A DNA stretch of 64,000 bases from Camelus dromedarius (lineage: Eukaryota). Below the pieces are notes generated by a model that did not search any database, was not told the DNA's origin, and was given only the letters and a program-made list of their open reading frames with translations. This document shows positions 12,951-26,290 of the stretch, one piece after another; position 1 is the first letter of the stretch; every line of letters starts with the position of its first letter. The translations under genes and the position numbers were made by a program. The stretch spans positions 68,946,001-69,010,000 of the forward strand of contig NC_087437.1 of NCBI RefSeq assembly GCF_036321535.1, given 5' to 3'.

Positions 12951-13957
12951 CACTAGAACATACATGCTCACAAAACTTGCAGTCATCCCAGATCTAACAG
13001 GCAGAGCAGGCTTTAAAGTAGATTTCATTCTTTTAGTGATAGTATTTCAAAAGGGCTGTCATGCCAAACTCATTACCTGTTAACCTCTTCTTTATATTTG
13101 GAATAAATTCTGTGGTTTCTAGACTGAAGGTCAATGTTCCCCATTTTCTTATATTCTCTAAGAACAGGATTTCATGTGTTCTAGATCAAGGAAACACATT
13201 TTGTAAAAAGGTCCACAAATTCCAGGATGAAGAGGAAAGTTTCAAAAAGCTCCTAATTCCATAAGGAAGACTCTCTTGAGATGAGGGAGATCTTTTGTCC
13301 TCAGTGTGTTTTTTCATTCGAGATCCGTTCTTCTACTTCTTCCCAGTGGCTTTTATGGAATAGGCTCTTTGGGGTTCCCTAATGGGTAAGAAATGTGTCC
13401 TTTTTTTCCCAGCAAAAACTTAGAGAAGGCTAACAGGAAATCACTGCATGAACTAGGGTAAAGGAAAATATAGTCTAGACTCTTTGCAGAAGATGTCTTC
13501 ACAGTTCATACATATTCCAGTACAGTTCATCAGTGTTAGAAACATTTGATGGCTTTAGACCCATCCCCTAGTTACAAATAGTAGTGTTTGCACCTGGTGT
13601 ATTCTCTGTGTAGATCTCTGTTGCAGACCTAGTGCATGGTAGGTAATTGAAAGGATTCAGGAAGCTAAAGCCTGGCAACAAAACCCAAGTGACATCTCTG
13701 AGCACATTTGAGCTCCATCTCTTTAAGAATTTGATTCTGTTTATGGAGTAAATATCCTTACAAGTGGTGGAATGTCATATTAAGTGCATCTCAACCCTTT
13801 GCATTAATGAATGATCTGAGAGCTTCGGTTAACAGAGTTAGGGTGTGAAGCCCCAAAGAAATCCATCACCCAAGGGAAAAGAGTAACCAGATACCTGAAG
13901 CAGGAATCATTTTCACACTGGGTCATCTATAGCATTAGGAGATTACTCGCCACAACA

Positions 13958-13973
13958 ACGTCCCCTAGTGGCA
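13958..13973 (-). promoter_or_regulatory. Candidate CTCF motif
   Basis: Reverse complement tgCCACTAGGGGACGt versus core CCASYAGRKGGCR, one mismatch; motif match only. Confidence 0.35.
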
Positions 13974-14479
13974 TCATATCTAGTTTACTCCAGGAAAGAA
14001 CATCAAGAAAAACAGGTAGAATGAAGACAGTTGCTTAAAACATCAATTTAATGGTTTATCTAAATTATGAGTGAGAGTAGTCTAAACTGCATTGGATTTC
14101 TAGAATATAGAATGTGGTGAGAGCAGACAGATTATAAACTCAGGGTTAGAGATGTTTTACTGGTATTTTTCCTGTTTGCCTCATTACTTAATGCCAAAGT
14201 AAGCTTCAGCATTTCCTTATCGATGAATTACTAAAAGCATAAGGTCATTGTGATATTTTGATGAGGCAATGCATGTGAAAGCACTCGGTAAACTGAATAA
14301 GACAGCGCACATATTGTATGTACACATACAGACAAAACCCCTTATTCTCTCACTTGCCATTTTCTCAGTGTAGGTCAACCCTGACTGTAACCTGAAAGCA
14401 TGAGCTGCAAGTCCTTCTCTTTAGATTTCACTTTGTTGTTTATCGGAATCTGCCGTTGATGAGCAAACACCGACTCTTA

Positions 14480-14770
14480 GCATCTCTCTTCCTCATTTAT
14501 TCAGTTCCGTCCTCTTGTTCTGCTTTTTCCCCAGACTAGTCTAAAAAGTTCCCTCGCTTCTCCCGCTGTTTACACTCTTCAAACGCTCGCAGACAGTTAT
14601 CATACGCCACCTCAGTTGTTGCTTTGCCAAGCTATACGGATTTCATCCTTTCATCTTTGCTCATAAGTCAATGCCTCCATCTCTTTAATCATTTTTCTTG
14701 CTGTTCTCTGAATTCCATCCAATTTGTTGATATCTTTCGGGTATGGAGGTGCCAAGAACAGAGTGTACAG
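14480..14770 (-). mobile_element. Ancient CR1 (L3-type) LINE, ORF2 C-terminal relic
   Basis: Minus strand translates as LFLAPPYPKDINKLDGIQRTARKMIKEMEALTYEQR*K, then after a frameshift NPYSLAKQQLRWRMITVCERLKSV, matching the CR1 ORF2 motif (W.P.YKKDI.KLE.VQRRATKMI.GLE.LSYEERL..L..SL.KRRLRGDMI.V.K.LKG). Confidence 0.88.
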
Positions 14771-16189
14771 TGTGATTAAGGAGCCGTGTCCATCACTTCT
14801 CAGCCAGATGGGACGGTTGTTACTTCAGAGAACGTGTTGAATGTATATTGGGGCCTGAGATAAAGGGAAAGGAACCAGTAAATCTTGAGAAAGTGATTCT
14901 GTAATTCATTGTCCCTAGGGAAAATAAAATCAGCATTTAATTAAAAGATGTGTTTCTAGTTTTGTGGCTAGCAAGTGCTATTGGGGTGAAAGGCAGGAAA
15001 TGGCATCATTTAATAAGAAGAAAACACAATAGCATAATGCCAGAAATTAGTCCCTTTCTCACATTTGGGAAGACAATGCTAAACCATGAACAATCTTATT
15101 TTGAGAAATGTTTTACTCAAATATGAAAGCAGAAGGGAAATTTGTATCAAGTAATTTAAAACATTTAACTTATTCCTTGCACCATGCTAATGCAGATAAT
15201 ACCCAATACATAAAATGTACCCTGCAGAAGAAATAAATCCTGTAAATTTATGTCTATATAGGGTTTGCATTCAAAGTCTTTAGGTTATCTTTCAAGATTT
15301 AGGTTTAGGTTTGCTTATAGGATTAATGAGCGATTGAAGTATAAATATTTGTTATGTGGGCTGCCCATGTTAATACACAATAGCCAGTATTTTCTAGTGT
15401 TTTAGACTGAAGCTGACTATAGATATTTCAGCCAGATGCTTTATTGAAGCTGAATTTCACTGCAGCCCTAATTTATCTTTAGCATTTTGCTTTACGCTTA
15501 TGTTTAAAGTTTTACTGTACTCATTGAACTGTGCTCGATCATTAATAATGGCAGCTATCTTTAATGAGATGCATGTCACCCTGTGGCAGGTGGTATGGTC
15601 TAATAGTGTGAGCATTGAATTATGAGTCAGAAAGGAAATACTTCTTACGTAGGACTATATTGTAAAATGAGAAAAATATAAGCTTCTTAAAAATGGGATA
15701 ACATTTGAAATGGGAGAATTAAAAAAAAAACAGATTTCCCTGAATAATAATTACGTCCCCTTAGTCCCTGAAAGGAGACATAATAATTCACATATTGCTA
15801 TTGTGAAATCCAGCAGAAGCTTGGTCAATAAAGTGCTGACGTTTTTAGTTGAGATAGCCCATCTGTTACTTTGTGCTGTAAGGAGGAGGAAGAGAGAGAT
15901 GGTTACTTTAGAGCGTGCACCTTGTCTAGTATTAAAGCTGCCAGAGAAAGTAAGTATACATGTCTTTACTTCTTAGAACCCTGAGAACATATCTGAAGTG
16001 ATATTGGCCTACAGACTACCCATTTACATCTCCACTGATGGTGAGTCTCAGATATAGACCTAGTCAGAGTGCGATGTTTAATGATTAATTCATATCTTCC
16101 CTTTGATACTTTTATCTTAAAATTAGGATTTGAAAGATGAGAACATAAGGTCAAGATTTATAGGCACAATTAACACAGCTCCATAATTG

Positions 16190-16370
16190 GATTCATAGGA
16201 ATCAAGGTTTGGGTTCAGTTCACCCAGCAATGTGACTTTGGGCAATGACTTTGAGTCTATAAGTGGAGTAATTATCCATGCTCCTTTTAACTCCCAGGGT
16301 AGCTGGGAATATCCAAGGGGATTATTGCATGGGGAAATAGTAAGGAAAGTGCTGTACAGAAAAGTAAAAT
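16190..16370 (+). mobile_element. MIR SINE
   Basis: 'tgggttcagt...tgtgactttgggcaatgactt...ctataagtggagtaattat...aaagtgct'. Confidence 0.6.
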
Positions 16371-17627
16371 ACCTTATTACTGTTTTCCGTTGTGTGGTAA
16401 AGGGAATCACATCTTCTTACATTTCTTTCATCTTCACTTCAAGGTTCACTCCTAAAGTATGTTGTTTAAAAAAAGAATTCAATTCTGCAAATGTGTCAGT
16501 GTTGCTCGTAAGTTTCAGAGTACAGAATGGGAAAATGGCTTGCATTGTATGAAAAGTAGAACTTATACGCTGAGAGTCTTCTTTCCTGATAGATATCATA
16601 TTTGGAATTAAAAAATTTTTTTTACTGGAGAAATAAGCCGTAGAATATTGCTCTAACACCAGCGAGGGCTCTTTTGTCTCATTGCATGGTTGTAACCCAA
16701 GTGTGTGGTTACCACACTTTTCTAATCACTTTTCCTTAATGTATTTGGGATGAGGAGGGGCGTATACCACCTTCTCTCACCCTTCATCTCCACTATCTCT
16801 TCTGCATGGCATTTTCTCATTTCTGTCACATTTTGCTCTGCCTTGGCCCCCTGCACACTTGTTGCTGGTGTGTCAGAGAGGTCATGAGTAGCAGACCTCT
16901 TTGTGTAGAGCTCGGACCCTCACAGTGGCCTCAACAGAGATGGAGGAGGAGGAGCGGTGGATCTTCTTTTGTTATGCCCTTGGCATTTACTTCCTACCCA
17001 CAGTAGTGTTCTGAAAAATTATATGAGCTTATATATCATAGCACTGAAACATTGGAAAACTATCTTAAAATTAAAAACATGTAGAAAATTTTAACTTGTA
17101 CACTATACAGAGTGTTTGTTGCTTAAGAGAAACATTCTCATGAATTAGAGTTGACTTGAGAATGTATCTGTGGATGTAGCCTGGTTTATAACATCATTCT
17201 CTTATCCCTTCATCTCTCCACCTTTAGGAGAGGACTTTTTTGTTTCTTGCTGTCAAACACATCCTCACCCACATTTCAGGACATTTCATCCTTTACCCAC
17301 AGGAATTAATCTTAACCATCCTCGTACCCCTATCAGGATATTTCTTCAAGTGTTTAATGTGGAATCTGTTTCCAGAGACAGAGCCCAGGGTAGACTTCTG
17401 TAGCTTTTCTCTAACAGAACAATCTAGGGTGTCACAGGAACTCCATTTGTGTTTCCTATGGGGTCACAGATTATTTTATCAATATGCTACTTTTTTTCCT
17501 CTTTTTTTTTTTTTAGCATCAAGCAGTTAATTGCTAAGTCAGATACACACAAACATATAAACACAGATACCCATTCTGCTTGCTCAAAAAGGAAATGCTA
17601 TTTCCCAAAGACTAATCTTTTGAAGGG

Positions 17628-17900
17628 AGAGTTCTCAAACTGGTAATCCCCTAGCCAAGTTCAGCCCACAAATATATTTTATTTGGCCTATACAGTTTTT
17701 GCTTAATTTTCTGAACTGAGCCAATATTGAAAACTGACACATTTCATATAAAAATTCAGATTTTTGGCTTTTTAAATGAACATTGTAAGATTTAGATACA
17801 CTAGACCAACAATTCTATGTAGCAAAATTTGGCTAAACACGTTAAGGGCTGTCTCTTTTAAACAGGACCTGTGATCTCCACGTAACCAGTCTCTCCTAGT
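17628..17900 (+). mobile_element. MER102-like hAT-Charlie element
   Basis: 'ttctcaaactgg...gccaagttcagcccacaaatatattttatttggcct...atttcatataaaaattcagattttt'. Confidence 0.6.
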
Positions 17901-18939
17901 CCCCGTTACTCCCCCGACATGGAGGTCATGCTCCTTGCTATTCACCACCGCATAGTTTGGCTTATTCCTCACCACTTCACTTACTGACATTTTCTGCCTC
18001 TCCATTATAGACTGTGGTCAAAACTAATAATTGTAAGTCATAGAAAATCAAGGAAATACTCTAATTCCTGGCTAAACCTGTTCAGTGTCAATGACCATAG
18101 TTCAAATTTGTCATTTTTTTCCATAACAAATTTACATCCATAGCAAACTTAGATTTTTGGACCATAAAGTGGAAATGATAAATAAGGAATAAAACTATAA
18201 AAGCTACCTGATCAAAAAAATAATTTTAAAAATAAAGAAGGGGTAAAGATGTAAAAATATTACACACACACACACACATACACACACTCTGTGTAAATGA
18301 CCAGCACTGAAAGCAGTTGTAATTGTTCATGTCTCTTAGCAAGGATAAACATATTGTGCTTTTTTTCTCCCCAATTCATAATGTCCTAGAGTAGACTCTA
18401 CAGACAGCTATGTAACAATTATAAAAATGGTTTGGGGTTTCTTGAGGGGAAAGAGAAAGCAAGGTAAAAGTCATCTTTTCTCAATTCCTGAAGTGTGAGC
18501 TGTCTGGCTGTGGTTAAGGAAGAAGGAATCATTGAATATCAGAGGTGGATTGATGTTGACTAATGTGTATCCCTGCCCACACCCCAACATTTACAGGTGA
18601 GGAAATTGAGAATCAGAAATGCTGAATGACTAGCCCATAGTCATACTACCCATCTTTTACAATGTCTGGAACACAGGGTCTTTGGCCAAGAGATGGTGCT
18701 GACCTTGATCATGAGAAATGATCTCAGTACATACCGTTGGCATTGATCTTTCATGTCTGCAGGCTACACGGTGTACCTGTTTCAGTAAGACTTAAACTGG
18801 TCCCTGGAAGATGGTCATATCATGGACTAGGGAAAATTAAATTAACATAATTTTTCATTTTAATAAAATGTTTCACCTCTGTATCTGTTAGGCCATGAGA
18901 CTTTATGAACTGGGTTTAATCCATTGCTCTTTTTACCAA

Positions 18940-19290
18940 GGCAACATGGTAGAGAGAATGGAGCCCTGGTGATGGCAGATAGCTCCGATTTAAGTTCTGG
19001 ATCTGCCTAGTGTTTAAGGCCATGACCAGGAAGTTTAATCTTCCTAAATCTCAGCCACTTTAGCAGTACAGTGAAGATGATGCTACTCAGCTTAGTGGTC
19101 TGTTCATTTATTCATTGAACAAGTCCATATTAAACCCCTACTGTGTGTCATACATTCTTCTTAGTGCTTGTAGAGTCAGAAAACAAGTTTTCTCCCCCAC
19201 CAACCAGAGGGCAAGATGGGTGTAAGGATTAAATCAGTATGTGCAATGGTTCTTGGCACAAAGGGCATGCTCAATGATTTTCATTTTACA
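18940..19290 (+). mobile_element. MIR SINE interrupted by an antisense L2 tail (~19100-19190)
   Basis: MIR head 'ggcaacatggtagagagaatggag' and tail 'aaggattaaat...cttggcaca...atgctcaat'; insert begins 'ttcatttattcattgaacaag'. Confidence 0.6.
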
Positions 19291-20582
19291 TTCTCTACCC
19301 TATTTTGCAAAACCAAGCTCTAAGATCAGGAGAATCTTTGCTCCCAAGTTTCATTAGACAGAAGGAAAGCATATAAATTGGCAAGGAGGGAACTTTGTAC
19401 ATTTAAAAATAACCAGCCACAATCCAAAATAAATTTTTATGTGCCCAAGCAGCATGAGGTAGGTGATGTTAAACAAAAGGGTAAGTGCATAAGCATCTCC
19501 ACTTCCCCATGACAATATATGCAATCTCTTCCTCATAAAATATAGAAGCAAACCCAGCAGTACGTGTATTTCAGAATTGTCCTATGGCTCCTGGGAAAAT
19601 ACCACAAATATTTGCTCTGTCATTGTTTCTTCACAGAACAATTATAAGGCCGGGTAAGCTTCTCATGTCTCTAATTTCCAACACGCTAAGAGTGAGGTTG
19701 GGGGTGGGTGATTAATCAAGAAAAAAAATTCTTATATCTTCTTTTGATCATCATCTCTGAAAAAGAGAAAAGAGTTTAAGCAGAATTAGGCAGGGAGAAG
19801 AGATCTTGAAGGCATTCAGGAAAGCTAGCAAGAGGATCAATTATCTTCTTCCTTGAAGAGAATGATTTGTTGATGATTAGGGGAAGAAAAGAGAATCAGT
19901 ACTAGGCCTCTTATATATGTTGTTTAATTCTCACAGCATGCAACCCAATATAATAGAAATAATATACAATTGACCAGAAAAGCATGCCATTTGAGTATAA
20001 TTTTAGATTATACATCTTTTGCCCCTGCTTGATTAGTAAGCCCATACCTTCACTGTGTCATCAGTGAGGTTCGTCAGACCTCGTTAACAGTTGTCATGCA
20101 GGCCTGCGAGTGTTTGCTGGAGTTCTGCTTCATTTTAACCCAGGGTGTGCTTTAGTGTTAGGTAGAGCTATTTGAGGTGGTGATACTTCGCTAAGGTAAC
20201 ATCACGGGGTGATGTAGAGGGTCTTAGGTGAACACCATCAGACATCTGTTTCAGGCCTGCTGTTAACTGACTGCATGGCGTGGGTTGGATACGTCACCGG
20301 ATCTTGCTGGGCCTTGGTTTCCTCACCTGTGAAATGAAATGAGGTTTGACTCAATTCCATGTAACACCCTTGTAGCTCAACAAAGCCAGGTTCTCAAGTG
20401 ATGTGTATGTGTGTATTTAGATTAGTTTGACTTTTAAGGTATCTGGCTGCCTCACTTTTTCAGAATACTAGAAATATTCTGACTTAACACAAAAGTAGAG
20501 TCCTCCTCTCTCCAATGATGCATGTGTGTATGTGTGTGTGTGTGTATATATATGTATAAAATCACCTGATTCTCAGTACTTC

Positions 20583-20613
<31 letters not shown>

Positions 20614-22009
20614 TTACTATGAATTCTAAAATCTTCCTGTACACACCTGTCATTGGCACCTGCTCCAGGCAAAGTGAGGGACTAGGAAACAGGAAACAGT
20701 TCTACATGTCTTCTTTCAGAACCCTGGATCCTGTGCTACGAGAATGCTCTCTCTTCCCTAGTATCTTCTTTCTCTATCCTCCTCTCTTCATCACTAACCT
20801 TACCTTCTCTCAGTCACCAGAGATGGGTAGCCCAGGCTAAATGATTTCTGGTTGCTGTGACCTTACACTTTACGTTCCTGTATTGTAATCGTAGAAATGA
20901 AGGACGAGTTTTCAATTTCACTTTCAGGCTGTAGCAGAAATGAGGGTGGTCATGGAGGATGGGAAGGTAATTTCAGGGAATGCAAGCTTTCTGAGCAGCC
21001 CAGATCTGGTAGATGGCAACAATAAACATTCGTGGATTTAATGAATGTAAAGCCCCAGCAGAATGCCTGGCACATAGTAGGAGTTTAACACACAGTCAGT
21101 CTTACTCTTCCTCTGCAAATCTGCTTTGTATAATCTACTCAGATCCCTGGTAGGCTTGTCTTCTTTTAATGTCCCCTTGAAGTCTTTGAAACCTGGGACA
21201 GTGTTTTAGCATTTTACCTAATGTGTTAGTTCTACAAATGAACCATTTTTCTCTTGTGCTTTCTTTTATCGTTCTCTGGTTCTTGCTAATCCCTTATGTT
21301 ATTATCCAGTGCTGTATTTTCTCTCCTTCCGCCTTTAGAATCTGTACCTTTTACATCTACGGAATTGCCATCTCCTGATGTCCTTACTGTCCAGCCCACG
21401 TTGCTTGTGGCCATGGGGTAAAGTCAATTCTCTGGCTTCGGAGAAAGCCTAGTAACATGCAGAAACAGCTCATCTGAGGCAAGGGGAGAATTTAATACAT
21501 TTTCTAATCTTGTCTTCCCGTGCGCCCCTCCTCTGCTTTCCCTTGTATCAAAGTACTGAGAATCAGACAATATTTTTTGTTTTGTTTTCTTCTGCCTTGC
21601 TTTCTTCTGTCAGCTTGTGGAAGACCGAGAACCAGGGATGTCTGAGGAAACAGCCTGACGTCTGCAAGGAGAACAGCAAAGGGGCGGGCGGGGTTGAGGA
21701 GCCCACTGCTGCACTCCTGCCCCCTCCCCCACTTCAGGGAAACCTGTTTATTGACTTTTCTTTCAAAATGAAGTCAACTGCCCTCCTCCTCACATCTTTG
21801 TCTTTCTTCTTCCCAGTGCATGTTTGCCCCTCTGCTTTTTTCTTCCTCTTTTCCTAGATAACTACCCTCCCTCCTTTCTAACTAATACTTCTTTCGAGGA
21901 CAGCATAAACCGTCATTTCCTAAAAGATGGGCTAATTACCAATAATGATAGAACAGAAATTGTGTCTTGCTTTCCAAATTTCTTTTTTCATTTTCACATT
22001 GCTTCTAAC

Positions 22010-22135
22010 TCTTGAAATAGCCCTGTGAGGTACATATTCCTGTCATTCCCATTTCTCAGGTGAGAAAACCAAGCCCAGGCTCCGCATGACGTTGGACTAC
22101 TAGGTAGTCTGATTTCTGATACTGGGCCCTTTGCA
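22010..22135 (-). mobile_element. MIR SINE fragment
   Basis: 'gccctgtgaggtacatattcctgtcattcccatttctcaggtgagaaaaccaagcccag'. Confidence 0.65.
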
Positions 22136-23664
22136 CAAAATCTTTCCATTTAGTGTATATTCATCTTTCCCTTCTCTGACTTATTTTAGTGCTTGTGCCC
22201 AGCTGGGTGTAATTTAATGTTTAACTGTATACTACGTGTAGGGCTGTTCTCAGATGACTTCATAAATCACTTCATATGTATTAGTTTATTCTGTCTCAGA
22301 AGATTGTTGGCTACACGAAGATGTCTTATGCTTATCTTGTTTCTCTTGGAGTGTCTGACTCAGTCTCAGAGTCTTAGATGCTTAATAAATACTTGTGACT
22401 GGTTGATTTGAATCAAAAGAAAGATTTATCCTATTTCAACTAGTTTTATATCTCCTGTGTCGGAAAGTATGGATGGGTGGTAATAATAATAATGATGGTA
22501 ACAATACTTTACTTGTTCATAAACTGCATTGTCTTCATCCCTCCACTAGATCTATGGATGCTTTTTATGGTTACGATTCCCATCCCACAGATGCTGACCA
22601 TGAAGCAGACGGTGGCAAAAACCACTTCTGCCTGGTCAGAGTGAATGGAGCCTGACACCCCTGGGAATGCAGAGCACGCTCTACTTTGTAAATGTGGACT
22701 AGTCATGTAAGCCACAGCAGTATTTACCCATGAGTAAATAAGATTTTTCTGAACAAAGTCAGATGTTTAAAACATCACTATAGATCTGGGTTATCTGAAC
22801 GCCGTTGTGTTACACTACTCTCACCTTCTGTGTAGTGTGATATTTATTTAATTCCTTTGCTTCTTTAACTTCTTCTTTTTTTTTTTTTTTTCCTTCCTGG
22901 CAGAAATAGTAGAAAGCAAAAGTAAAGAGCTGGTCCGGATGTTTTTCTTCTGGTGGGAGGATTACCTCTTAAAGGAGGAAACAGGTGGCAAGTGCCTCCC
23001 CTCTTCCTTACCATTACCTGACCCCTTAACATTCCCCCCATCTTCCTAGTAGGCAAGAGAGTCTGGCTTCCATGCACAAGGAAATGTTTCCTCCTCAGCT
23101 GAAGAAATATTTAGTCAGCAGCACAGACTCGAATCCCCCACCCACGGCAGAACTTCTGGTCTGATCCAGTCTTTCACATGAGAAAACTGGAGCATGAAGG
23201 GTGTTTTTTCAATAGTGCTAAAATTATTTTTAATAATCACAGAACTCTCTTCCTTGGAGACTGACAGTCTTGTTTTTTTTTCTCTCCACTTGAGTTTTGC
23301 AGAATTCTGTCATTTCTCTGCTTTTTTGAGGGCGGGTAGAAAGTCTCAGTCTAGGTTATGAGGCAGGTGTCTCTTAAAAGAGACAGTGGTGCAAAGATGC
23401 AGTGCTTGCTTCATAGTCTAACCGGGAGGCAGTGGTAAAGGAAGGAATGCTTTCAAGATGGTGAGTTTATTCTTTGTCTGAAAATCTGGTTAGTATGCAA
23501 TATAGCAAACATAATGGACTAAAACAAACAAAACAAATGATGTTCAAGAAAAACAAAACTATATCCCATAAAAGAGAACCTGAAGGAAACACTGGGGGCA
23601 CAGAGGCAGTGCAGGTATGAATTTGGTGCTTTGAGCTTTCTTAAACACAGAAAAATGCTACCCT

Positions 23665-23812
23665 TTGTGCTCAGATTGGGTTCCGGGGATAAGCGACATC
23701 TCCCGTGAGCTTGTTGGAGATGCAGAATCTTCAGCCCCACCTCAGACCCACCGAATCAGAACCTGCATTGACAAGAGCACCAGGTAACTCTTGGGCACTG
23801 CTAAAGGCCACT
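23665..23812 (+). mobile_element. MER5A-like MITE
   Basis: 'gagcttgttggagatgcagaatcttcagccccacctcagacccaccgaatcagaacctgcatt..acaag..caccaggt'. Confidence 0.85.
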
Positions 23813-25459
23813 GAGGCTCCTCCTTTCTGACTGCTGTTGCCTCTTCGTGTCTGGCCCTTTTGCCACTACCTGCCCCTTTATTTCAACACCTCCTTCCTGA
23901 GAATTCCCTTCTGACTTCTTGGCTGGATCACGGAGCTGATTTGTAATAAGTTGTATAGATCCTTAGAGGGGATCAGGATTTAGCTAGCAAAACACAATTC
24001 TGATGTCAGGCTAACTATCTCTGGGGGTGCTGGTTGTGTATGCTGCTGGGTGCTCTGTGGTTAATATATAATTTCACTCTTGAAAGGCAGAAATTAGATC
24101 AATGTTTCTTCATTTCCTTGGGTTTAAGAGTAACACACGCCAGGATTAATAGGCCTCAATTTTTTTTCAAAATATTAAAATTTGTTCTATGTTGTCAGAA
24201 CAATAAATCATTTACTCTCAGAGTCCTTCATGCTCACGGAATAGTGAAGTAATTACTGACTCTCGTCGCAAGATTAAACATTTGAAATGATATTTGCTGA
24301 TACATTCTTCTCCAGGAAATACCACCATTTTCTTTGCCAGTTACCATGGGTTAATAATGAACTCTTACCACGTTACCTATTGCGTCTTACTGCCTTATGC
24401 CGAGAAAACACACTGAAAGCATCTAGAAAATTCTCCCCAGCTGTCCTCCCCAAGTGCCATGGCACCAGGTTTGTTCTGCACATTACCGTGTAATTAAGAC
24501 TCAAATCTGTGTTGGTCCCTGAATATGTTGTTGTGGTATTGAGCTCTTTCTAGTGTATTATTTTCAGTATTTAATTCCAGGAGCTTGTTTGTTGAAGGTT
24601 TTACTCCCATTTGATATTAAAATGGGGAAAACTTAGGATGTTTTTTCCTCCATAGTTGACTACAGAGCCAAAATAAAGTATATTAACAGGTAACTTGGGA
24701 TAGTGTCTGATTTAAATCAAAAGAAAAATCCATTTTGCTTGAGTAGTTTCAACTCTGGGGGAATTAAAATTTCTTTCACTCTGTCATATCCACCACTGTG
24801 ACTGAATTAACTGTGATGTCCCTAATTCAGTATTTTTAACTTTCAGTGATTAATTGTACAGCAGAGTATTTGATCAACCCTGCTAAATTTGAATCAGTTT
24901 TTAATAGAATAAAAAATAAATACCTCTTTCTCTAAAATCAGAGAAACTCCATGACCTGACAGTAGGTGCTCCAAAATACTTGTTTTATTTCTTAGATTCT
25001 CAGTAAAGATACTGAAATTTTACACTGTTCAGTAGTTAATGCGTAAAATTAAAGAAACAGCATACAAGGGGAATTGATTCTTTTTCTTAATATTGAAAAT
25101 AGTGCATCATGCCAGAAGGAAAATTCCAACACCAGTAGTTCTTTAATCCATTTCTAAGAGATATGCCTTTGCCTAGAACTATGTTGATTGACCTTCAGGG
25201 TAAGTTTAAACCTGAAGCTCCACATCTGAATTGGAATCAAAACACATATCTTTCTTGCTGAGCACAATATTCTTTTCAGTTCAACAAGAATTTATCATGT
25301 GCCCAACATTATGGTAGGCAAGGGAAATGCTAAAGATGGAAAATACAGTCCCTTCTCTCTATATAGTATGTTTATTATTTCATGAAATGAAAAAAAAATC
25401 TCAAAGAATACAAAAGATGGAGACTTGCATGTAGAGATTAAGTCGTCATCTGTTTTCAC

Positions 25460-26225
25460 CAGGCTGGTTCTCCTGCAGGTCCTCTTTTAGAAAGCAGCAC
25501 ACTGGCTACCTAGGGCTTAAACTCAGGTTTTATCCTAAGCTCCTCCCTTTCTCTTCCTGCTGCATCTCATCTATCACTGTCCAGCTGATGCCACCTCCAT
25601 GATATGTCTTGATCCCATATCTTTCTCCCCATCACCTGTTCTGCTACTTAAGATTAGCTTGCGTTACCTTTGGCTTGGACTATTGCAGTATCCTTTTGAC
25701 TTTTTAACTGGTCTCTCTGACTCTGGCTTTCCACCTAAGCAATTTCTTAAAACACAGATCTAAAATTGATGCTGCTCTTATTAGTATTCTCCATCACTCA
25801 CAAGATAGAGTTCAGACCCTGTATTCTAAACTTAGGCCTCCAGTTTTGTCTCTATCAGCATAGATACTTATACCCTACATTCTCACCAGAGCATATCCAG
25901 CTGTTGCAGCATCTGGAGTTTTACTCATTCGACTCCCCTGCCTGGAATGACCTTTCTTCTCATCTTTTCTCCGTTTGACAACTAACAAAGTACCCCTCAA
26001 ATAGCCATTTAAGAAAGTATCTTCCCATCGTTTTCCTAAGTAGAACTGACCTTCTTCACCCTTGGGTCCCATGTAGACTGGGTACACATCTTTCCTTATT
26101 CCTACTATATCTACTTCCATTTGAATGTAAACTCATAAAGACAAGATACAGATACTTGTCTCTCTAGCTCCTGGGAGAGTGAGTTGGATATAGCATGTGC
26201 TCATTACAAGGCAAATGAAAGCTTG
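25460..26225 (+). mobile_element. L2 LINE 3' portion
   Basis: Sense L2: 'cttggactattgcagta.cctttt', 'ccctgcctggaatgacctttct', 'gaatgtaaactcataaagacaag', ending 'atgtgctca..acaaggcaaatgaa'. Confidence 0.75.
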
Positions 26226-26290
26226 AAGGACAAATGTGTGCTAAGAAGGTGAGTGGTCATCGAAGACTATCTGAGAAGGGGCTCACCCAC

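Noticed and set aside
22048..22066. Recursive splice site YAG|GTGAG (also ~18595)
   Set aside because: Both are variants of the MIR core 'ccattttacagatgagg' with short pyrimidine tracts
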